Positions 56,426-64,000 of a stretch of DNA of 64,000 bases are shown in pieces. This DNA is from an uncultured Acholeplasmataceae bacterium (GTDB taxonomy: Bacteria; Bacillota_I; Bacilli_A; Acholeplasmatales; Acholeplasmataceae). Both the position numbers and the translations under genes were made by a program. The notes under the pieces were generated by a model. It was not told the origin of the DNA. It worked only from the letters and a program-made list of their open reading frames with translations, and made no database searches. Position 1 is the stretch's first letter. Every line of letters starts with the position of its first letter. Where the stretch lies: the NCBI GenBank assembly GCA_927441705.1, contig CAKMKH010000060.1, positions 13,194 through 77,193 of the forward strand. Direction: 5' to 3'.

Positions 56426-57811
56426 ATGGCATTATTAATCTATTTATTAATTGCTTATGTGGCAATTGTATTAATCGCAATTCACTGGGGAACAGCATAT
56501 GATCATGCAGTTAAAAAAGGTTATGAAGGTAGAAAATATCTTCTTATGTGCTTGATTCCTATTTATGGATACATGTATGCTAAAAAGCTGACTCCAAGAG
56601 TTCATGTATCAGATATTGAGCTTAATCATTTATTAAGTTTTGAAATTATTTCAAAAAGAACCGTTTTATATATGTTAATCGTACTTGTTGGATTTTTGAT
56701 TTTCATTCCATCAGCTGTGCTAATATATCTATCTCTTCAAAATAGTCTTTTACAAACATTATTCTCAACTTTTGCTGTCATCTTATTGTTGTTTATTCAT
56801 CAAGGTACAGTTGTTGATTATGCACGTAAAAAAGGTTATGAAAGTATAACGGTTGGTTTGATTGGATTGATTCCAGTTTATGGATTTATCCATTATATGA
56901 AAAAAGATAAAAAGAGAAATGTTTCTAAACAAGGTTTAAAAGAAGTATTTAGTGTTTCTAATTTTATTCAAAGAATATTAATCTATGGTGAAATAACATT
57001 AGTTGCGATTATTGTTATTATCCCAGTTATTTATATATTTGGTATGGCATTCTCTAATCTTAGAACAGATATTCCAGCTGCGATTTGGCCACAAGAGTTT
57101 TCGTTTGGAGCATTTGAGTACTTATTTGAAGAAACGAACTTTACGAGATGGTATTGGAATACATTAAAGATTGCATTAATTAATATGTTTGTTGGTACAA
57201 TCTTAATTACTGGTGCTGCTTATGTCTTCGCAAGATTTAGCTTCAAGGGTAAGAAAGCTGGATTGCTAACGATATTAGTACTTCAAGCATTTCCATCCTT
57301 TATGGGTTTAATTGCGATGTATGTATTGTTCTGGAAGTTTGGTCTTTTAGGTAAGCCAACTGCGTTATCCATTCTTTATATAGGTGGATCGATTCCAGGT
57401 AACTTATGGTTGATTAAAGGATTCTTATCGCAAATTCCAAAGGATTTAGATGAATCTGCGATGATTGACGGAGCAAATAAGCTTCAAATATTTATAAGAA
57501 TTATTTTGCCACTTGCAGTTCCAATTTTAACATTCGTAGCTGTATCAATGTTTATGGGACCTTGGATGGATTATATGCTTCCAGGTTACTTATTGAGGTT
57601 TAAGCCAGAAGGTGCTGGTCCTGATTATGATATTACACAACAATGGACGCTTGCTGTTGGTTTATTTAGATTTATTAATGATTTAAATTATCAACATTAT
57701 AGTGCGTTTGCTGCTGGTGCAATATTTGTTGGGGTACCTATTACAGCATTGTATATGGCATTCCAAAAATATCTTATTGAAGGTATTATGGCTGGTGCAA
57801 CTAAAGGGTAA
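56426..57811 (+). CDS. malG: maltodextrin ABC permease MalG-like, with an N-terminal membrane extension of about 175 aa
   Basis: The C-terminal roughly 285 aa is MalG-like, with EAA motif DESAMIDGANKLQIFIRIILP. The N-terminus carries an internally duplicated TM module. Confidence 0.85.
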   Translation: MALLIYLLIAYVAIVLIAIHWGTAYDHAVKKGYEGRKYLLMCLIPIYGYMYAKKLTPRVHVSDIELNHLLSFEIISKRTVLYMLIVLVGFLIFIPSAVLIYLSLQNSLLQTLFSTFAVILLLFIHQGTVVDYARKKGYESITVGLIGLIPVYGFIHYMKKDKKRNVSKQGLKEVFSVSNFIQRILIYGEITLVAIIVIIPVIYIFGMAFSNLRTDIPAAIWPQEFSFGAFEYLFEETNFTRWYWNTLKIALINMFVGTILITGAAYVFARFSFKGKKAGLLTILVLQAFPSFMGLIAMYVLFWKFGLLGKPTALSILYIGGSIPGNLWLIKGFLSQIPKDLDESAMIDGANKLQIFIRIILPLAVPILTFVAVSMFMGPWMDYMLPGYLLRFKPEGAGPDYDITQQWTLAVGLFRFINDLNYQHYSAFAAGAIFVGVPITALYMAFQKYLIEGIMAGATKG

Positions 57812-57859
57812 GCAAAGCTTGCCAACAAAGGGTAAGCAAAGTTTGCCAATAAAGGGTAA
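57812..57859 (+). repeat. 24-nt tandem direct repeat (2 full units plus a partial unit formed by the malG 3' end)
   Basis: The units are GCAAAGCTTGCCAACAAAGGGTAA and GCAAAGTTTGCCAATAAAGGGTAA. Each ends with the same AAAGGGTAA that ends malG. Confidence 0.9.
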
Positions 57860-57887
57860 AAGTGTATTTATACATGAGATATATTTA

Positions 57888-57913
57888 AAGGGTGAATATT
57901 TCACCCTTTTTTT
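57888..57913 (+). terminator. terminator of the malEFG operon
   Basis: AAGGGTGAA / TTCACCCTT stem followed by T-rich sequence. Confidence 0.85.
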
Positions 57914-57930
57914 ATGAAAAAACAATTTTG

Positions 57931-57944
57931 TGCAAACGGTACCA
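57931..57944 (+). promoter_or_regulatory. LacI-family-type operator (TGCAAACGGTACCA) upstream of the glycogen operon
   Basis: Same TGCAAACGGT core as 35040-35053. It sits about 65 nt upstream of glgP. Confidence 0.45.
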
Positions 57945-58009
57945 ATGAATATATTACTTGATTTCATGGTAAAATATAATAGATAAACTATGTAAGGAGA
58001 TTACACATC

Positions 58010-60394
58010 ATGAATAATGTATTTAATAGTAAAGAAAGCTTCAAAGAAGTTTTTATAAAGGGAATAAAAGATAATTATAGTGTTGAATTAAAAGATTCAA
58101 CAATATATCAAAGATACACAATTTTAGCTGAATTATTAGACAAAAGCTTAACAAAAGCTTTTGAAAACACGAATAACTATGTGAATAATAACCAATTAAA
58201 GAAAACTATCTATTTTTCAATGGAATTTTTAATGGGTAGATTAATCACAAACAATCTTCAAAATAGTGGTTATTATGACGTTGTTAAAGAAGCATTTAGT
58301 GATTTAGAAATAGACCTAAATGAAGTTGAACATGCAGAATCTGATGCTGGATTAGGTAATGGAGGATTAGGAAGACTTGCTGCTTGTTTTATGGATTCAG
58401 CTGCTTCAATATCATTGCCTTTATATGGTAATTCACTAAGATATAAACATGGATTCTTCACACAAGAAATTAAGAATCATAAACAAGTTGAACATCCAGA
58501 TCCATGGTTGGATAAACCATTCATTTGGGAAACTAAAGATGAAGCAAATGCAATTGATATTCCATTGTTTGGTTATGTTGAGCATACTAAGTTGGTTAAT
58601 CCAGTTTGGATTAAAGCAGTACCTTATGATGTAAAAATTGTTGGTGACCAAAATGGTGTTGTTACATCGCTTAGATTGTGGGCAACAGAACCTTCAAAAT
58701 TGCAATTACATCAAGGTAATGATTATAAGAAAATAGTTGATGGTGTAGATGATCAACTCTATCCTGATGATTCAACTCAAGATGGAAAGACTATTCGTTT
58801 ATTGCAATCTTATATTTTTAGTGCTGCAGGTGTTAAGCATGCAATTAAAGAACATAAAGCGTTTGGTAGAGATCCTCGTGACTTTGATAAGTATTACACT
58901 TTCCAAATCAATGATACACATCCAACACTAGTAATTCCAGAAATGATGAGAATTTTAATGGATGAAGAAGGTATTGGATATGATGAAGCTTGGAATATTA
59001 CCACAAATACTTGTGCTTTTACGAATCATACAATTTTAGCTGAAGCTCTAGAAAAATGGGGTAAAGATATTTTTAGAAACTTATTACCTAGAATCTATGA
59101 AATCGTACAAGAAATGAATCGAAGATTCAAAGAAATATTAGATGCTGATGGTAGATTTAATAAAGAACAAATTTATTTAATGGGGCTAATAGGACATAAT
59201 CATGTTAGAATGGCACATATTTGTATTTATGGATCATTTAGTGTTAACGGTGTAGCTGCACTTCATACAGATATTCTAAAAAAACATACTATGAAAGATT
59301 TTTATACATTATATCCAGATAAGTTTAATAATAAAACTAATGGTATTACACATCGTAGATGGTTAATTCATACAAATAAAGAATTAGTAAGTATCCTAGA
59401 TCATAAAATTGGAACATCTTGGCGAAATGATTTAACTCAACTAGAGTTATTTGATGCGTTTAAAGATGATAAGGATACACAAAAACTTATTGATGATATG
59501 AAGCGCACGAAAAAACAAGCGTTAGCAGATCGCATTTATGCTGAGCAAGGTGTTAAATTAGATGTAGATTCAATTTTCGATATTCAAGTTAAACGTCTAC
59601 ACGAATATAAACGTCAATTAATGAATATCTTACATATAATTTATGTTTATCAAAAATTAAAATTTGATCCAGCTTTCAAAGAAAACTATTACCCACATTC
59701 ATTTATCTTTGGTGCAAAAGCTGCACCTAGTTATCAAATGGCAAAAGCTATTATTGAGTTAATCGATACTATAGCTGATATCGTTAATAATGATGAAGAA
59801 ACAAATAGCTTGTTAAAAGTTGTATTTGTAGAAAACTACAATGTCACATATGCCGAATATATTATGCCAGCTGCTGATTTATCAGAACAAATTTCTACAG
59901 CTACTAAAGAAGCTAGTGGAACAGGTAATATGAAGTTTATGATGAACGGCGCATTAACAATTGGTACTATGGATGGAGCTAATGTTGAAATTGTTAGAGA
60001 AGCAGGAATAGATAATAATATCATCTTTGGTTTATCAGCTGAAGAAGTTACTAAAATTTATGAAAAAAATGGCTATAAGCCAAGAGAAATCTATGAAAGA
60101 GATCAACGCTTAAAAGATGTTTTTGGGTTTATTAGAACACTAAATCCAAATCCAGCACACTTTGACTATATATTAAGTAATTTATTAAATAGTGATTACT
60201 TCTTAGTCTTAAAAGATTTTGATGCTTATGTTAAGGCACACGAAATTGCTAATGAATATTATAAGGATCGTGAAGGTTGGTTGCATAAATCGATTATGAA
60301 TATTGCTCATTCTGGATTCTTTACATCAGATCGTACAATTGAAAATTATAATAATGATATTTGGCATTTAGAAAAAATTAATTTAAATAAATAA
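58010..60394 (+). CDS. glgP: glycogen/maltodextrin phosphorylase
   Basis: 794 aa. GLGNGGLGRLAAC and the PLP-Lys motif EASGTGNMKFMMNGA. Confidence 0.95.
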   Translation: MNNVFNSKESFKEVFIKGIKDNYSVELKDSTIYQRYTILAELLDKSLTKAFENTNNYVNNNQLKKTIYFSMEFLMGRLITNNLQNSGYYDVVKEAFSDLEIDLNEVEHAESDAGLGNGGLGRLAACFMDSAASISLPLYGNSLRYKHGFFTQEIKNHKQVEHPDPWLDKPFIWETKDEANAIDIPLFGYVEHTKLVNPVWIKAVPYDVKIVGDQNGVVTSLRLWATEPSKLQLHQGNDYKKIVDGVDDQLYPDDSTQDGKTIRLLQSYIFSAAGVKHAIKEHKAFGRDPRDFDKYYTFQINDTHPTLVIPEMMRILMDEEGIGYDEAWNITTNTCAFTNHTILAEALEKWGKDIFRNLLPRIYEIVQEMNRRFKEILDADGRFNKEQIYLMGLIGHNHVRMAHICIYGSFSVNGVAALHTDILKKHTMKDFYTLYPDKFNNKTNGITHRRWLIHTNKELVSILDHKIGTSWRNDLTQLELFDAFKDDKDTQKLIDDMKRTKKQALADRIYAEQGVKLDVDSIFDIQVKRLHEYKRQLMNILHIIYVYQKLKFDPAFKENYYPHSFIFGAKAAPSYQMAKAIIELIDTIADIVNNDEETNSLLKVVFVENYNVTYAEYIMPAADLSEQISTATKEASGTGNMKFMMNGALTIGTMDGANVEIVREAGIDNNIIFGLSAEEVTKIYEKNGYKPREIYERDQRLKDVFGFIRTLNPNPAHFDYILSNLLNSDYFLVLKDFDAYVKAHEIANEYYKDREGWLHKSIMNIAHSGFFTSDRTIENYNNDIWHLEKINLNK

Positions 60395-60407
60395 AGATTG
60401 GAAGGAA

Positions 60408-61709
60408 ATGATCAAAATGGCTAAACAAACAGATATTAATCTATTAGGGCAAATCATTTATCAAGTATTTCCTAGACAACACTCTAAAAAACAAAACTTT
60501 TTAGGTGTTATTGATGATTTAGATAGAATAAAAGATATGGGAGTAGATATTATTTATTTACTTCCTTTTCATCCAATTGGGGAAAAAGACAGAAAAGGGG
60601 CTAAAGGTAGCCCTTATTCTATTGTAGACTTCTATCAAATACATTCAGAGTTAGGAACTTTAGATGATTTAAAATGCCTTGTAAAAGAAGCTCATAAGAG
60701 AGATATGAAAGTCATGATGGATATTGTGATTAATCATACATCTAGGGATTCTGTTTTAACAAAAGAACATCCAGAGTGGTTTTATAAAAAAGCTGATGGA
60801 AGTTTTGCTAATCGTGTTGGTGATTGGAGTGACATTACTGATCTCAACTATGATTTAAAAGAAGTTTGGGATTATTTTATTGATGTATTAAGGTATTGGG
60901 CTGCATATGTAGATGGGTATCGCTGTGATGTTGCACCACTTTTACCAATCGATTTTTGGATTGAAGCTAGAAAAGCAGTTGACCACATTAAACCTAATCA
61001 TATTTGGCTAACAGAATCAGTACACCCAGGATTTATTAAATATATTAGAGATTTAGGATATGATTGTTCATCGGATTCACAAATGTATCAAGCATTTGAT
61101 ATATGTTATGACTATGATATTTTTGACTTTATGGATGATTATTTAAAAGATTCATCTAAGCTCTCAAGATGGCTTGAAGAGATTTATAGACAAGAGATGA
61201 TCTATCCTAAAAATTATATTAAACTTAGAAGTTTTGAAAATCATGATCAACAAAGATTAAGAAGTAAAGTGAAAGACCATGATCATTTCATTCAAATGTT
61301 ATCACTGATGTTCTTTATAAAGGGAACTGCTTTTATCTATGCGGGGATGGAGTATGAAAATGATCATCTGCCTAATTTATTTGAAGATGATCTTATTGAG
61401 TGGAAATTAGAAAAGTCATTAGAGTCATTTGTCAAAAAACTAATATCAATGAAAAAATCACCTGTTTTCACGCATGGAAACTTTAATTTGGTAAACAAAG
61501 AAGAGATCGCAGTTTTTTCATATGACTATAAAAAAGAGTATGTACTTGGTATTTTCAATTTAGAAGACAAAAAAGAGATTAAAGTGCCTTTAAATGATGG
61601 TATTTATGAAGACTTTCTTTCTTTAGAAAAAATTAAAGTCAAACATGGTAAAATAAAACTAGAAAGTAAACCAATCATAATCATAACAGATAAAGGACAA
61701 AAACGATGA
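60408..61709 (+). CDS. cytoplasmic GH13 alpha-amylase-family enzyme
   Basis: MMDIVINHTS, GYRCDVAPLLP and SFENHDQ regions. No signal peptide. ATG 60417 is an alternative start. Confidence 0.8.
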   Translation: MIKMAKQTDINLLGQIIYQVFPRQHSKKQNFLGVIDDLDRIKDMGVDIIYLLPFHPIGEKDRKGAKGSPYSIVDFYQIHSELGTLDDLKCLVKEAHKRDMKVMMDIVINHTSRDSVLTKEHPEWFYKKADGSFANRVGDWSDITDLNYDLKEVWDYFIDVLRYWAAYVDGYRCDVAPLLPIDFWIEARKAVDHIKPNHIWLTESVHPGFIKYIRDLGYDCSSDSQMYQAFDICYDYDIFDFMDDYLKDSSKLSRWLEEIYRQEMIYPKNYIKLRSFENHDQQRLRSKVKDHDHFIQMLSLMFFIKGTAFIYAGMEYENDHLPNLFEDDLIEWKLEKSLESFVKKLISMKKSPVFTHGNFNLVNKEEIAVFSYDYKKEYVLGIFNLEDKKEIKVPLNDGIYEDFLSLEKIKVKHGKIKLESKPIIIITDKGQKR

Positions 61710-63664
61710 ATATATTTATAGATGACTTTAATTTATTACGTATTGAATCTGATATATATATCTATGATATTAAGCTTAGAGATAATCAAGTCACTTGGCA
61801 AAAAAATGATGGAAGAAGTCAGTTTTTTACAACTGATAAGCATATAGATCTTCATTTAGATGATCAAATTGAAATCAATGGAGAGATTTATCCATTATTA
61901 ATTGGACTAGTGACATTGACTCCAAACTTTGAAAAAAGATTTAGATATGATGGACCTTTAGGAGCAGTATATCAAAATACGCACACTGATTTTTATTTGT
62001 TCTCACCAGTAGCAAAACAAGTTTTTGTTTGCATTGATGAAAAAAGATATGAAATGACATATCAAGAACCTATTTGGCATGTGAAAATTGAAGGTGATCT
62101 ACATAGCAAACTATACCTCTATGACATTAGACTCGTAGATACTTTTAAGTTAGTTAAAGACCCTTATACAAAAGCAGCTTCTTCACTTGGATCTCACGTT
62201 TTTGATTTTAAGCGAAGTATGGAACTTAAAAAAACACCAATTAAAGTTAAAAATTATGTAGATACAGTTATATATGAGGGTCATGTTAGAGATATGTCTA
62301 TAGCTTTAGATGTAGAACATAAAGGCTTATATGAAGGCTTATTAGAACAAAGTAAAATTTTAGGATCTAATGTATTAAAATATATTAAGAGTCTTGGGAT
62401 GACTCATCTGCAATTATTACCAGTTTATGATTTTGATGATGTTTTTGATGAAGATAAAAAATTAAAATATAATTGGGGTTATAATCCGAGTCTATATTTT
62501 GCAGTTGAAGGATGGTTTTCAAAAAATCCAGCAGATCCACTTGATCGTATTAACGGATTAAAGAAGATTGTTGAACATGCACATGATTTAAAATTAGGTA
62601 TAAATATGGATGTTGTTTATAATCATGTATTCAATCATAAAACATTCCCATATGATGATATTGTTCCTGGATATTTTTATCGTCATGATAAAAATCATCA
62701 AATGACAGATAATTCATATTGTGGAAATGACGTTGAATCTAGAAATTATATGGTTAGAAGACTTATTGTAGATAGTCTTATACATTTTGTTAGTGAATAC
62801 AAAATTGATGGATTCAGATTTGATTTAATGGGATTATTAGATTTAGACACTATGCTAGAAATAGAAGAAAAACTTAGATCGATCAATCCTTACATCATGC
62901 TATATGGTGAAGGTTGGAATATGCAAACCGAAGTTAAACCAAAGTTAAGATCAAATATGCATAATCAAGCAGCTTTTACTTCTTATGCACATTTTAACGA
63001 TTTTTATCGTAACACTATGAAGGGTGAACTTCACGGTGAAGGCTTAGGTTTTACAATGGGCAATCATCAACTTACAAATAAAGCAATGCAATCAATTATT
63101 GGCTCACCTGATATGTTTACATCACCTAATCAGTCGATTAATTACGTAGAATGCCATGATAACTTAACTTTTTATGATAAGATGGTTTTATCTCATGGGT
63201 TTGTATTACCAGACTTTAAAATCACTCAAGATTTTGCGAATCATTTGATTGCGATTTCTCAAGGTGTACCGTTTTATCATGCGGGACAAGAATTTTATCG
63301 AACAAAAAAAGGTGTTGAAAATTCTTATAATTCTCCAGATGATATCAATCAAATTAAATGGCGTATTAGAGAAGATGCAGTTAAAAAATTGAAAGCTCTA
63401 TTAAAACTTAGAAAAAAATTCAAATTATATCGCCAAACTACATATAAAAACAATGTGACGATAGTTAAAGATAAAAAGTTAGTCGTTTATCGTCTCGAAG
63501 ATGATAAGGATATTTTAATTCATTATATTAAGAACTATTATGATTTAGAAAAGCTTCCACTCGAAGATGGAAAACTAATTTTTCCATCCCAAAAAGCAAT
63601 TTCTGAAGTTAACGCTATCTATGTTGATCAACCTGGTATTTATATCGTTCATATCAAGAAATAA
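61706..63664 (+). CDS. cytoplasmic type I pullulanase / glycogen debranching enzyme (AmyX-like)
   Basis: YNWGYNP, NMDVVYNHV, GFRFDLMGLL, YGEGWNM and YVECHDN. Overlaps the upstream gene by 4 nt. Confidence 0.88.
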   Translation: MNIFIDDFNLLRIESDIYIYDIKLRDNQVTWQKNDGRSQFFTTDKHIDLHLDDQIEINGEIYPLLIGLVTLTPNFEKRFRYDGPLGAVYQNTHTDFYLFSPVAKQVFVCIDEKRYEMTYQEPIWHVKIEGDLHSKLYLYDIRLVDTFKLVKDPYTKAASSLGSHVFDFKRSMELKKTPIKVKNYVDTVIYEGHVRDMSIALDVEHKGLYEGLLEQSKILGSNVLKYIKSLGMTHLQLLPVYDFDDVFDEDKKLKYNWGYNPSLYFAVEGWFSKNPADPLDRINGLKKIVEHAHDLKLGINMDVVYNHVFNHKTFPYDDIVPGYFYRHDKNHQMTDNSYCGNDVESRNYMVRRLIVDSLIHFVSEYKIDGFRFDLMGLLDLDTMLEIEEKLRSINPYIMLYGEGWNMQTEVKPKLRSNMHNQAAFTSYAHFNDFYRNTMKGELHGEGLGFTMGNHQLTNKAMQSIIGSPDMFTSPNQSINYVECHDNLTFYDKMVLSHGFVLPDFKITQDFANHLIAISQGVPFYHAGQEFYRTKKGVENSYNSPDDINQIKWRIREDAVKKLKALLKLRKKFKLYRQTTYKNNVTIVKDKKLVVYRLEDDKDILIHYIKNYYDLEKLPLEDGKLIFPSQKAISEVNAIYVDQPGIYIVHIKK

Positions 63665-63676
63665 AGGAGAGGTGCT

Positions 63677-64000
63677 ATGCGTCTTATCACAGATCATGAA
63701 GTCAATTTATTCTTAAATGGTCTATCTGACCATGCATTTAAAATCTTTGGTTCACATTTACTTAAAGATGAACAAAGCAACATCTACGCAACTGAATACA
63801 CTGTATATGCTCCAAATGCTAAGGAAGTAAGATTGATTGCAGATTTTAATAATTATGAAGGATGGAAACACGTCTTAACAAAAATACACTATCAAGGTAT
63901 TTATCGGATAGAAGTACCAGGTAGTCATGAATGGAGTATTTACAAATACGAAATTCATACTTTTGATGGTAGAGTTTTACATAAAACAGATCCTTTTGGA
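63677..64000 (+). CDS. glgB: 1,4-alpha-glucan branching enzyme, N-terminal fragment (continues beyond the window)
   Basis: Hand translation from ATG 63677 gives MRLITDHEVNLFLNGLSDHAFKIFGSHL...YAPNAKEVRLIADFNNYEGW...YKYEI, a typical GlgB N-terminus. GGAGAGGTG lies upstream. Confidence 0.85.
   Translation, partial: MRLITDHEVNLFLNGLSDHAFKIFGSHLLKDEQSNIYATEYTVYAPNAKEVRLIADFNNYEGWKHVLTKIHYQGIYRIEVPGSHEWSIYKYEIHTFDGRVLHKTDPFG

Noticed and set aside
57812-57859. Possible CRISPR array or minisatellite.
   Set aside because: There are only two directly abutting 24-nt units with no spacers, and no cas genes are in the window.
57683-57967. Two overlapping ORFs (94 aa on the minus strand, 71 aa on the plus strand) with repeated peptides (GKLCLPF / KGKQSLP).
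   Set aside because: The peptide repeats are a by-product of translating the 24-nt DNA tandem repeat and the terminator region. Neither ORF has a ribosome-binding site, and both overlap the malG 3' end.
1-64000. Mobile element, prophage or defence island.
   Set aside because: I recognised no integrase, transposase, recombinase, phage structural gene, restriction-modification gene, cas gene or toxin-antitoxin gene, and no long terminal repeats. The only compositional step (51115-53975) covers two sugar-binding proteins in a coherent operon.
1-64000. Mycoplasma-type genetic code (TGA read as Trp), considered because of the very low GC content and abundant lipoproteins.
   Set aside because: TGA terminates well-supported genes, including hydC at 38557-38559 and the VOR delta subunit at 23094-23096. 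The conserved Trp positions I checked (for example the W of the HydA motif TSCSPGW) are TGG. All long ORFs are intact under code 11.

Overview
This is a low-GC chromosomal segment (spot counts of single 60-nt lines give about 23-42% GC) from what looks like an anaerobic, fermentative Bacillota/Mollicutes-like bacterium. It uses the standard code: TGA ends several well-supported genes, and the Trp residues I checked are TGG. I call about 60 protein genes. I saw no rRNA, tRNA, CRISPR, transposase, integrase or phage genes, so this is core metabolism rather than an accessory island.

Gene content, left to right:
- An ABC-2 exporter tail, then a Trp-specific T-box leader in front of a stand-alone trpB.
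- A NYN/LOTUS protein with an overlapping membrane partner, and a P-type Ca2+-ATPase.
- Esterases, an aldo/keto reductase, an SDR, arcA and a CDGSH protein.
- A GAF hybrid sensor kinase packed with msrB, an esterase and a CAT-family acetyltransferase.
- Leucine dehydrogenase plus a four-subunit 2-oxoacid:ferredoxin oxidoreductase.
- A YihQ-like GH31 enzyme plus a GPH symporter, a split ChrA pair, and a lipoprotein 5'-nucleotidase.
- A large starch/maltodextrin/glycogen gene set: a GH13 lipoprotein, a secreted pullulanase, a CBM41-like binding protein, MalEFG, GlgP, a GH13 enzyme, a debranching enzyme and a GlgB fragment.

The most notable locus is a translationally coupled gene chain at 38062-46458. 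It encodes a HydABC-type (electron-bifurcating-type) [FeFe]-hydrogenase. Five small uncharacterised genes (DRTGG-like, GHKL-ATPase, DRTGG-like, PHP, GHKL-ATPase) are nested between hydC and the small ferredoxin gene that precedes hydB and hydA. HydA carries TSCSPGW instead of the canonical TSCCPxW, so Ser replaces the proton-relay Cys.

Other points worth a second look are cre/LacI-type operators that tie these loci together, oversized MalF and MalG proteins, and a 24-nt tandem repeat that reiterates the malG stop codon.

All family assignments come from motif recognition by eye. No searches were run.
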